Assembly: GCA_026770705.1 (NCBI GenBank)
Contig: JANJGN010000016.1
Coordinates: 87,544,001 to 87,608,000, forward strand
Direction: 5' to 3'
Origin: Isurus oxyrinchus
Lineage: Eukaryota
DNA: 64,000 nucleotides
The notes under the pieces are model-generated. The model searched no databases and was not told the DNA's origin. It saw nothing but the letters and a program-made list of their open reading frames with translations. The position numbers and the translations under genes are program-made. Of the stretch, positions 51,871 to 61,700 are shown piece after piece; the stretch's first letter is position 1, and each line of letters begins with the position of its first letter.

Positions 51871-51919
51871 ATGATTTCAGCCATCCAGCTGATCTGGCCT
51901 CTGGCATTCTGCATCGCAG
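51871..51919 (+). CDS. IGKV: Ig kappa light-chain leader exon (MISAIQLIWPLAFCIA-G)
   Basis: Kozak CACCATG, hydrophobic signal peptide, and a phase-1 donor CAG|GTACAA that splices in frame to the V exon. Confidence 0.95.
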
Positions 51920-52105
51920 GTACAAATCTCTCTCCTTCCACCGTGAATATTTTCCTGCTCTCCATTTCCAGCCAATTCGACTGACTTGTGATTGAAGGGA
52001 AAATGCTGAAAGCAGAGGAACGGTCACTGTCTCTAACAATATCTCATTTTACAGGCTCTTTGTGTGACAGTTCTTACTTCACTCTGTTTCTCTATTACCC
52101 CTCAG

Positions 52106-52397
52106 GTATCAGTGGGGACATCACCATGACCCAGCCTCCCCTGGTGTCAGTGAGCCTGGGCCAGACCGCCACCATCACCTGTACGGCCAGTCAGTCTGTT
52201 AGCTATGTGAGTTGGTACCAGCAGCGAGAAGGACAGAAACCGACTCTCCTGATCTATGATGCAACAACTCGATTCACAGGAACATCCGAGCGATTCACCG
52301 GCAGTGGATCTGGCACTCAATACACCCTGACAATCAGCAATGTACAGAATGAGGATGTCGCTGATTATTACTGTCAGCAGTATAGCAGCTACCAGTA
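52106..52397 (+). CDS. IGKV: Ig light-chain V gene segment, kappa class (shark NS4/type III-like), germline unrearranged
   Basis: Acceptor CCCCTCAG|, then [97 protein letters not shown]. Both cysteines and the tryptophan are intact. Confidence 0.98.
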
Positions 52398-52425
52398 CAC
52401 AGTGATACAGAGCCTGACAAAAACC
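52398..52425 (+). other. V recombination signal sequence, 12-bp spacer
   Basis: CACAGTG-ATACAGAGCCTG-ACAAAAACC, perfect consensus heptamer and nonamer. Confidence 0.99.
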
Positions 52426-52430
52426 TCAAT

Positions 52431-53222
52431 ACACACAGCATCACTTCCTATACTGACACATCCCACAGTTATATAGAATATATAATAATGGACACACAAT
52501 CCCACCTCCTAACTGACACATCCCACAGTTATATAGAATATATAATAATGGACACACAGCACCACCTCCTGTACTGACACATCCCACAGTTATATAGAAT
52601 ATATAATAATGGACACACAGTCCCACCTCCTGTACTGACACATCCCACAGTTATATAGAATATATAATAATGGACACACAGTCCCACCTCATGTACTGAC
52701 ACATCCCACAGTTATATAGAATATATAATAATGGACACACAGTCCCACCTCCTGTACTGACAAATCCCACAGTTATATAGAATATATAATAATGGACACA
52801 CAGTCCCACCTCATGTACTGACACATCCCACAGTTATATAGAATATATAATAATGGACACACAGTCCCAGCTCCTGTACTGACACATCCCACAGTTATAT
52901 AGAATATATAATAAAGGACACACAGCACCAAATCCTGTACTGACACATCCCACAGTTATATAGAATATATAATAATGGACACACAGTCCCACCTCCTGTA
53001 CTGACACATCCCACAGTTATATAGAATATATAATAACGGACACACAGTCCCACCTCCTGTACTGACACATCCCACAGTTACATAGAATATATAATAATGG
53101 TCATACAGTCCCACCTCCTGTACTGACACATCCCCCAGTTATATATCGTATATAATAATGGACACACAGTCTCACCTCCTGTACAGACACATTCCACAGT
53201 TATATAGAATATATAATAATGG
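52431..53222. repeat. 61-bp minisatellite (~13 copies) filling the V-J interval
   Basis: Unit CCCACCTCCTGTACTGACACATCCCACAGTTATATAGAATATATAATAATGGACACACAGT, shifting 1 nt per 60-nt line. Confidence 0.96.
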
Positions 53223-53460
53223 TCACTTTACCTCTTACCCTACATGTCCACATATGAAGAGCAGCTGAAAGATTTATCATATAAAATTGGGATTCTCAAT
53301 TCTCCCAACAAAAAAAAGACATTGAGAGGAAGAGAGAGGGTGAGAGTGAGTTAAAGGTGAGTGTGAGTGAGAGACAGAGAGAGGGTGAGAGTGAGTTAAA
53401 GGTGAGTGTGAGTGAGAGACAGAGAGAGGGTGAGAGTGACTGAGTGAAGCAGAGAGCTGA

Positions 53461-53499
53461 GGTTTTTGTACAGCCCCTGCACTGGAAGATCTCAGTGTG
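53461..53499 (-). other. J recombination signal sequence, 23-bp spacer
   Basis: GGTTTTTGT (53461-53469), 23 bp, then CAGTGTG (53493-53499; one mismatch, essential GTG kept). V12/J23 is the kappa configuration. Confidence 0.97.
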
Positions 53500-53534
53500 G
53501 GGTACGTTCGGTAAAGGAACCAAACTCAGACTGA
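53500..53534 (+). CDS. IGKJ: Ig kappa J gene segment (GTFGKGTKLRL)
   Basis: FGxG motif and a consensus phase-1 donor A|GTAAGT. Confidence 0.98.
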
Positions 53535-54243
53535 GTAAGTAAACCTCAATCCTCCCTTATTAACCCTTTCAATACTGAAACTTTCTCAAACACTAATGCT
53601 GAATAGTTGAAGGTGTTAGTGAGGAGCTGCAGTGAATGAAATGGTTCAGTGAACAACACTGTGTATAACAGGGTGCCCAGCTGTATTTCTTTCATTCCAT
53701 TCCCCCCTTTAAGCAGCAAGATAGAAATAACCAACTTTTACCCACCGTCTAGAGGAGATCTGGACGTTTGCAGACTGCTGACATTGCTGCACCTTGGAGT
53801 GAAATCACTCACTAGACTCCTGTCAGTCTCAGTGTGACAGACACAGGCAGAGTTTGATATGAGCTCCGGCTCCCTCTCGCAGTCTCTGATATAACTGATC
53901 ACAGCACCAGCACAGTGAGACACCGAGGTCCCACCTCCCCCAGCTTGAACTCTGCTCTCTCCACTCCCTGGTTATCTCTTGGCAAATTTCTGATGACAAA
54001 CAGGTAGAGCAGGGCCCACAATCCAGTGGCTTCAGTGTTCCAGGATTTCGGGGAGACTCTCTGTTTCCCCCGAATGTTTAAATGTCACCCTCTAGACTCC
54101 AGACCTCCCGGAATCTGCTCTCCATCTCTCTCCTGAAGACACTGTCTCTGACTGGGGAACAGCTCCACGCTCCCCAAGTGGGCTCATTCCTCCAAGTGTG
54201 AGGCGGGAGGGTGAACATGACAGGCTATTGGACCGTGAGGTGT

Positions 54244-54622
54244 GGGCCGTGCCCCAATGGGTAGCACTCTCCCCTCAGAGTCACAATGTTGTGGGTTCAA
54301 ATCCCACTCCAGAGACTTGAGCACATAATCCAAGCTGAGACTCCAGTGCAGTATTGAGGGAGGGCAGCACTGTCAGAGGAGCCGTCTTTCAGCTGAGACA
54401 AACTGAGGTCTGCCCTCTCAGTGGGATGTAAAAGTTCCCATGGCGCTGTGAGAAGAATAGCAGGGGAGTTCTTGCGCGTTTTCTGGTTAGCACTTTTCAC
54501 TCAAAGAACATCACAAAAAAACCTGACTTTCTGGCCATCATCACTCTACTGACTGGGATCTTACTGTGTACAGTTAGCTGTAAAAATCCTGAGATGATGA
54601 CTGGTGCTATAGAAATGCAAGT
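54244..54622 (+). mobile_element. tRNA-derived DeuSINE (SacSINE1-like) in the J-C intron
   Basis: B box GGTTCAAATCC at 54294-54304, Deu-domain-like core (CCCATGGC..GAAGAATAGCAGGGGAGTTCT) and L2-type tail GCTATAGAAATGCAAGT; family assignment from memory. Confidence 0.7.
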
Positions 54623-54984
54623 ATTGAGACTGAAGGTTCCTAATCCTGACCCTCGCACTCTCACTTTACATGGTTCATGGGGTCATTCGGAGTCGTGACC
54701 TTGTCTGACCCCCAGACTCTGAGACTAATTGTAGCCTCGCCCTTAATCTCTCTCCAGTGCTGGGCGGCAAGGTTTGAAATGAAATCTAGAATCTTCTATA
54801 CTGAGACCCAATCTGAATCCTTTCTGAAGTGGGTTGATCCAAGTGTGCTCCAACATTCTGGGATAAAGTTCTCTCGATGTGTGTGTGATCTGAGGATTGT
54901 TAATGTGAACCTGTTTCCCCGGACAGGCTGATCAATAGTCAGAGCTTCCTGACAGCTTAACAGTGTCTTAGAGGGACACTGAGT

Positions 54985-56565
54985 CTTTAAACACTCTTAC
55001 TATTAACCATTTCAGTGCTGAATTTGTGGTAACCCTCTTTACAAATGTCTAAGTAACAGCCCAATATGATTTAACCAGCTTAACATCAAACCTTTACCTC
55101 CTGCCACTCAACCAATTTGAAACACAACTTGCTCCTTTCCCTGGGATCCAATGAGTTTTAACTTTCTGACCAGTCTGTCCATGTCAGAAGTCTTGCTAAA
55201 ATCCACATCGATTACATCAAACTCGCTATCGTTGTCAACCCTTCTTGTTACCTCCTCATGATGATGAGAATTTCTCTTAGAAAGATTTCTGACATTTGCC
55301 CACCACTGAGGTTAGAGTGACTGGTCTGTAATTTCTCAGTCTATCCCTTCCTCCCTTTTTAAACAACATTATCAGTCCTCCAGCCCTCTGACACCACACC
55401 CCTATCCAGAGAGGATTGGGAAATAATGGTCAGAGCCTCTGCTATTTCTTCCCTTGTTTCCCTTCTTGCCTGGGATACAATTCATCCGGGTCTGGGGATT
55501 TATCCACTTTCCAAGATGCTGAACACATTAATATCTCCTCTCTCACCATGTTTATCCCATCCAATATTTCACAATTCTGCTCCTCCTCAACTAGAATGTC
55601 CGCGTTGTCCCTCTCTTGTGTGAAAACAGATGTAAATTATTCATTCAGAACCATCTATGTGCTTCCAACCCCACCCCATCCCCCCAATNNNNNNNNNNNN
55701 NNNNNNNNNNNNNNNNNNNNNNNNNNNNNNNNNNNNNNNNNNNNNNNNNNNNNNNNNNNNNNNNNNNNNNNNNNNNNNNNNNNNNNNNNNNNNNNNNNNN
55801 NNNNNNNNNNNNNNNNNNNNNNNNNNNNNNNNNNNNNNNNNNNNNNNNNNNNNNNNNNNNNNNNNNNNNNNNNNNNNNNNNNNNNNNNNNNNNNNNNNNN
55901 NNNNNNNNNNNNNNNNNNNNNNNNNNNNNNNNNNNNNNNNNNNNNNNNNNNNNNNNNNNNGGAGAGAGAAGGAGGGAAAGAGGGGGAGAGGGAGGGAGAG
56001 AGAGGGAGAGGGTGACAGAGATACAGAGACAGAGAGTGGGTGAGAAAGAGATACAGGGGGAGTCAGGAAGAGTGACAGAGAGTGAGTGACAGAGATCTAT
56101 TTTTTGGTCTCCAATTGGCCTTACTCAATCTTTAGTTATCCTCTTGCAATGTCCCACGCTATTTCTTTGTGTGAAGATATTTGTTCTGAGCCCATTTTAT
56201 ATCTTTCCTGAATGTTTCCCATTGCTCTGACACTGATTTATCTTCAGGTTTCTGTTTCCTGTCCATTTTGGCAAATTGGCCTTTCCCTAATGTACAAATT
56301 TTACACTTGGTCTATCTTTATCCTTTTCCATAACAGCTCTAAATCTAACTGAATTATGATCACTATTATCCAAATACTCTCCCATGATACACCTTCCACC
56401 TGGCCAGATTCATTCCCTGAAATTGTCCAAAACTGTCCCTTCTCTTGCTGAGTTTGTTATGTTCTGCCGAAAAAAAATCACCTGGATGGATTATAAGAAT
56501 TTTGCATCATCTATACATTTACACAGATTTGATCCCAGTTAATATTCGGGAAGTTGAAATACATT
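54985..56565 (-). mobile_element. Degraded CR1 fragments in the J-C intron (~54985-55660 and ~56100-56565), separated by an assembly gap (55689-55960) and a GA tract
   Basis: Reverse-complement YRPVTLTSVVG, VDKSPDPDEL and YFNFPNINW motifs. Confidence 0.7.
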
Positions 56566-56604
56566 ATAATGACACTGATTAAACTTCCTTCTCTTCCATT
56601 TCAG

Positions 56605-56933
56605 GCAGAGAGAAGTCACCACCCACACTGACCCTGCTGCCCCCCTCCCCAGAGGAGGTCAAGACCAAGGGCACTGCCACCCTGGTGTGCCTTGCCAATC
56701 ACTTCTATCCCGATGAGGTGAAGGTGGAGTGGAAGAAGGACGGTGCAGCCATTTCGGACGGGGTTCAGACCAGCAACTACCTGCGAGCTTCGGACAGCAC
56801 CTACAGCGTCAGCAGCCTGCTGACCCTCTCTGGCTCCGGCTGGGAGTCCAACGCCAGCTTCTCCTGTGTCGTCACCCACGAGAGTCTTTCCTCTCCCCTC
56901 AGCAAGAGCATCAGGAGATCAGAATGTGCGTAG
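56605..56933 (+). CDS. IGKC: Ig kappa light-chain constant exon
   Basis: Acceptor TTCCATTTCAG|, in frame with J: (S)REKSPPTLTLLPPSPEEVKTKGTATLVCLANHFYPDEVKVEWKKDG...YSVSSLLTLSGSGWESNASFSCVVTHESLSSPLSKSIRRSECA*. C1-set motifs and the penultimate inter-chain Cys are present. Confidence 0.98.
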
Positions 56934-57094
56934 AGTGTTAGAGACAGTCCACAGAGGAGATACAACTTTAAATAGAACAGGGGTGAGCTGGGAGGGCAAA
57001 GGTCATTGTCAGCACCAAATTACAACTCTCTTCCTTCTCAGGACTGGCTCTGAGACACTTTTGAGGGTCAGGGGTTAACGCACGTTATTGGTGC

Positions 57095-57367
57095 AGTGTA
57101 CAGTGAGGTTCATTCTGTATCTAACACTGTGCTGTACCTGTCCTGGGAGTGTTTGATGGGGACAGTGTAGAGGGAGCTTTACTCTGTATCTAACCCCGTG
57201 CTGTACCTGTCCTGGGAGTGTTTGATGGGGACAGTGTAGAGGGAGCTTTACTCTGTATCTAACCCCGTGTTGTACCTGTCCTGGGAGTGTTTGATGGGGA
57301 CAGTGTAGAGGGACCTTTACTCTGTATCTAGCCCCCTGCAGCACCTGTCCTGGGAGTGTTTGATGGG
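57095..57367. repeat. 69-bp tandem repeat (~4 copies) within the predicted IgL 3' UTR
   Basis: (A)CTCTGTATCT at 57112, 57181, 57250 and 57319. Confidence 0.93.
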
Positions 57368-57570
57368 TCAGTTTAATCTCGTGATGCTAAGTTAAACCTC
57401 TCTAAGATGCTGAAGACTGTCAGCTGTACAAAAATAATGTGACCCTCCGAAGTGTCTGCTTCAGTAAACCAGACCCCTTCCTGCTCACCCTGCAGTTACA
57501 ATTTAAGGTTTAGTCACTGTTTAAAGGGACAGGATTCTCATGTTCTGGAGAAAATCTCCACAAGCGTTTT

Positions 57571-57671
57571 AATAAACCTCCATTCTCCCTGTGAATTTCT
57601 CCAGCTCCCTCTGGCTGGGCTGTTCATTCAAGTCTTTTTTCTGTAAATGTCAATGTGTAAAAGGTAATAAA
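57571..57671 (+). terminator. Candidate polyadenylation signals AATAAA at 57571-57576 and 57666-57671
   Basis: First AATAAA hexamers after the C stop; the second is followed by a GT-rich downstream element. Confidence 0.7.
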
Positions 57672-57984
57672 CATTAAGAATATTCAGTCTCTGTCTGGTG
57701 AGTGCTTTGGAAATGTCCCACCTCCCCATCAGCTGATTGGCTGCATTTCAGCAAGTGATTGTCCTGATTGGCTGGTTGGACTGTCAATCAATAACACATC
57801 AGGAGAAGATTTGATTCAAAGCCAATTATCAATCATTTTAAAATGATCAGTTTCATCCTGAATCTCTTGAATTTACAAGATTAAAAACAGAAAAGAAACT
57901 GGAAGTTGCTGGGATTAAATCATCACAAACACAATTAAGTCAGGAGTGCAAACTGTAGCCAGTCCAGGAGATGTGCTCTCAGGC

Positions 57985-58315
57985 CCTGTGCTACTTTTAC
58001 ACTCGATCCTGTTGCAATAACCACCAACATTCCATCTACCTTCCGAATCACTTGCTGCATCTGCAAACCGACTTTTTGTGATTCATGCACCAGGACACCC
58101 AGATCCCTCTGGATCGCAGAGTTCTGCAGCCTCGTTCCATTCAAATAATTTACTGCTTTTCTATTCTTCCTACCAAGCGGACAATACACATTCTCCCACA
58201 TTATTCCCCACCTGCCAAATATTTCCCCACTCGCTTAACCGATCTAAATCCCTTTATTGGCCCATTCTGTCCTCTTGACAACTTACTTTCCAAGCAATAT
58301 TTCTGTCATCAACAA
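57985..58315 (-). mobile_element. CR1 LINE fragment
   Basis: YLNGTRLQNSAIQRDLGVLVHESQKVGLQMQQVIRK. Confidence 0.85.
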
Positions 58316-58329
58316 GTCTATCTATTTTT

Positions 58330-58795
58330 TATTCATTTATGGCTTGTGGGTGTCGCTGACTAGGTCAGCATCTATTGCCCATCCCTAATTGCCCCTGAGA
58401 ATGTGGTGGTGAGCTGCCTTCTTGAATCATGCTGTCCACGTGGTGTAGGTACACCCACAGTGCTGTTAGGGAGGGAGTTCTAGGATTTTGACCCAGAGAC
58501 AGTGAAGGAACAACGATATATTTCCAAATCAGGATGGTGAGTGGCTTGTAGGGGAACTTCCAGGTCGTGGTTTTCCCACCTACCTGCTGCCCTTGTCCTT
58601 CTAGATATCGGTAGTCGTGGGTTTGGAAGGTGCTGTCTAAGGAGACTTGGCGTGTTTCTGCATTGCATCGTGTAGATGGTACACACTGCTGCCACTGTGT
58701 GTCGGTAGTGGAGGGAGTGAATGTTTGTGGATGTGGTGCCAATCAAGTGGGCTGTTTTGTCCTGGATTGTGTCAAGCTTCTTGAGTGTTGTAGGG
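58330..58795 (-). mobile_element. 3' end of a non-LTR retrotransposon (clade uncertain)
   Basis: TTLKKLDTIQDKTAHLIG..HSLHYRHTVAAVCTIY is a LINE ORF2 C-terminus; A-rich 3' end near 58325-58340. Confidence 0.75.
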
Positions 58796-61700
58796 GGTGG
58801 AGGGGTGGGGGTGGGTGATGCCGTGGGTGGAGGTGGAGGGTGATGCTGGGGTTGGGGGCGTGGGTGATGCCGGGGGTGGGGGTGGGAGTGGGGGACGGGG
58901 TGTGGGTGATGCCGGGGGTGGGGGTGGGAGTGGGGGACGGGGTGTGGGTGATGCCGGGGGTGGGGGTGGGAGTGGGGGACGGGGTGTGGGTGATGCCGGG
59001 GGTGGGGGAGAGGGTGATGCCGGGGGTGGGGGTGGGAGTGGGGGACGGGGTGTGGGTGATGCCGGGGGTGCGGGAGTGAGTGATGCTGGGGGTGCGGGAG
59101 TGAGTGATGCTGGGGGTGGGGGGGTGGTTGATGTCGGCGATAGGGGGGGGTGGGTGGTTGATGTTGGGGGTGGCGTGATGGGTGATGCTGAGGTAGAGGG
59201 GGTGGGTTATGCCGAGGGTGGGGGAGTGGATGATGCCGGGGGTGGGGGGATGGGTGATGTCGTGGGTGGGGGTGTGGGTGATGCCTGGGGTAGGGGGTAT
59301 GTGATGCCGGGGGGTGGGGGTGTGGGTGATGCCGGTGGTCAGGGTTGGGTGATGCCGGGGGTGGGGGAGAGGGTGATGCCGGGGGTGGGGGTGGGAGTGG
59401 GGGACGGAGTGTGGGTGATGCCGGGGGTGGGGGACAGGGTGATGCCGGGGGTGGGGTTAGGGGTGGGGGACAGTGTGTGGGTGATGCCGTGGGTGGGGGA
59501 GTGGGTGATGCTGGGGGTGGGGGGTGGTTGATGTCGGCGATAGGGGGGGTGGGTGGTTGATGTTGGGGGTGACGTGATGGGTGATGCTGAGGTAGAGGGG
59601 GTGGGTTATGCCGAGGGTGGGGGAGTGGATGATGCCGGGGGGTGGCGGGATGGGTGATGTCAGGGGGTGGGGTTGTGGGTGATGCCTGGGGTAGGGGGTA
59701 TGTGATGCCTGGGGTAGTGGGTATGTGATGCCGGGGGGTGGGGGTGTCAGTGATGCCTGGGGTAGGGGGTATGTGATGCCGGGGGGTGGGGGTGTGGGTG
59801 ATGCCTGGGGTAGGGGGTATGTGATGCCGGGGGGTGGGGGTGTGGGTGATGCCTGGGGTAGGGGGTATGTGATGCCGGGGGGTGGGGGTGTGGGTGATGC
59901 CGGTGGTCAGGGTTGGGTGATGCCGGGGGTGGGTGCGCGTATGATGCCATGGGTGGGGGGTTGGGTGATGCCGTGGGTGGGGGGCTGCGTGATGCCGAGG
60001 GTGGAGGCTTAGGGACCCATGGGTGGGGGTGTTGGGTGATGCAGGGGGTGAGGGTAATGCCGGAGGTGGGGGGCTGGGTGATGCCAGGAGTGGTGGGTGG
60101 GGGTTGTGGGTGATGTCGGGGGTGGTGGGGTGGGTGATGCCAGTGTTGGGGGTGTGGATGCTGCTGGGGGATGGGCTGGTGGGTAATGCCGGGGACGGGG
60201 TTTGGGGGTTGTCGTGTGTGGGAGGGGTGGGCGATGCCATGGGTGGGGAGGGTGGGTGATGCCGGTGTTGAGGGGGTGGGTGATGCCAGGGGTGGAAGGG
60301 GTGGGTGATGCCGGTGGTGGGCATGAGGATGATGCAGAGGATGGGAGGGTGGGTGATGCCATGGTTGGGGCGTGGGGTGATGACTGGGATGGGGGGGTGG
60401 GGGAATAGGTGACATCGAGTGAGGAAGGTGTGGGTGATGCCTGGGTTGTGGGCGTGGGTAATGCGTGGGGTAGGGGGGGTGGTTGATGTCTTTGTTGGGG
60501 GCCTGGGTGATGCCTGGGGTGGGGGTGTGGGTAATGCCGGGGTTGTGGGCGTGGGTAATGCGTGGGGTAGGGGGGGTAGTTGATGTCTTTGTTGGGGGCC
60601 TGGGTGATGCCTGGGGTGGGGGAGTGGGTAATGCCAGAGGTGGGGGTGTGGGTGATGCCGGTGGTGGGGGTTGGGTGATGCCGGGGGTGGGGACACGGAT
60701 GATGCCATCAGTGGGGGGCCAGGTGATGGCGGGGTGGGGGGGGTGGGTGATGCCGGGGGTGTGGGGGGGTGGGTGATGCTGCAGGTGAGGGGTGAGGGAC
60801 CTATGAGTGGGGGTTTGGGTGATGCTGGAAGTGGGGGTGGAGGTTGTGGGTGATGCCGGCAATAGGGGGCGTGGGTGATGTCAGCGTTGCGGGTGTGGGT
60901 GTTGTTGGGATTGGGGGTGGTGGATGATGCCATGGGTGGGGGGGGGTGGGTAATGCCGGGGATGCGGCGGTAGGTAATGCCGGGTGTAGCATAATGGGTG
61001 ATGCCAGGGGAGGGGGCACGGTTGATGCCAGATGATGCTGAGGGTGGGAGAGTGAGAAATGCCAGAGCTGGGGGTTGGGTGATGCCAGGGCTGGAGGGTG
61101 AGGGACCCATGGGTGGGGGATTGGGTGATGCTGGGTTGAGGGAGTGGGTAATGCCGGATGGTGGGGGGCTGGGAGAAGCCGGGGATGGAGGAGTGTGTGA
61201 TGCCGGGCGTGACAGGGTGGTGATGCCAAGGTAGGGGGTGAGGGTGATGCCGGAGTGTGGGTGGGGGTTGTGGGTGATGCCGGGGGTGGTGGTGTGCGTG
61301 ATGCCGGGTGTGTGTGATGCCAGTGTTGGCGGTGTGGGTGTTGCTGTGGGTGGGGGTGGTGGGTGATGCCGAGGGTGGTGGGGTGGATGATGCCGGGAGT
61401 GGTGGGTGAGGGTAATGCTTGTGTTGGGTGTGTGGGTCTTGCTGGGGGTGAGGGGGCAGGTGATACCGGGGGTGGGGGAATAGGGGATGCCGGGGGGTGG
61501 GGGGCTTGGGTGATGCCGGGCGTGGGGGTGCGGATGATGCCAGAGGTGGGAGTGGGGTTTGTGGGTGATATCAAGGGTGTTGGGGTGGGTGATGCCAGTG
61601 TTGGCGGTGTGGATGCAGCTGGGGGATGGGCTGGTGGGTGATGCCGGGGATAGAGGGGGGAGGGGAATGCCGGGGATGGGGGTTGTGGGTTGTCGGTGGT

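Noticed and set aside
51988-52476. ORF-track 162-aa protein as the V gene model
   Set aside because: It reads through intron and RSS; the true structure is leader 51871-51919 spliced to 52106.
54244-54320. tRNA gene (B box GGTTCAAATCC)
   Set aside because: It is the head of a SINE, continuing into core and tail sequence; no convincing cloverleaf.
55416-56089. ORFs spanning 55689-55960
   Set aside because: Open only because they cross an N gap.
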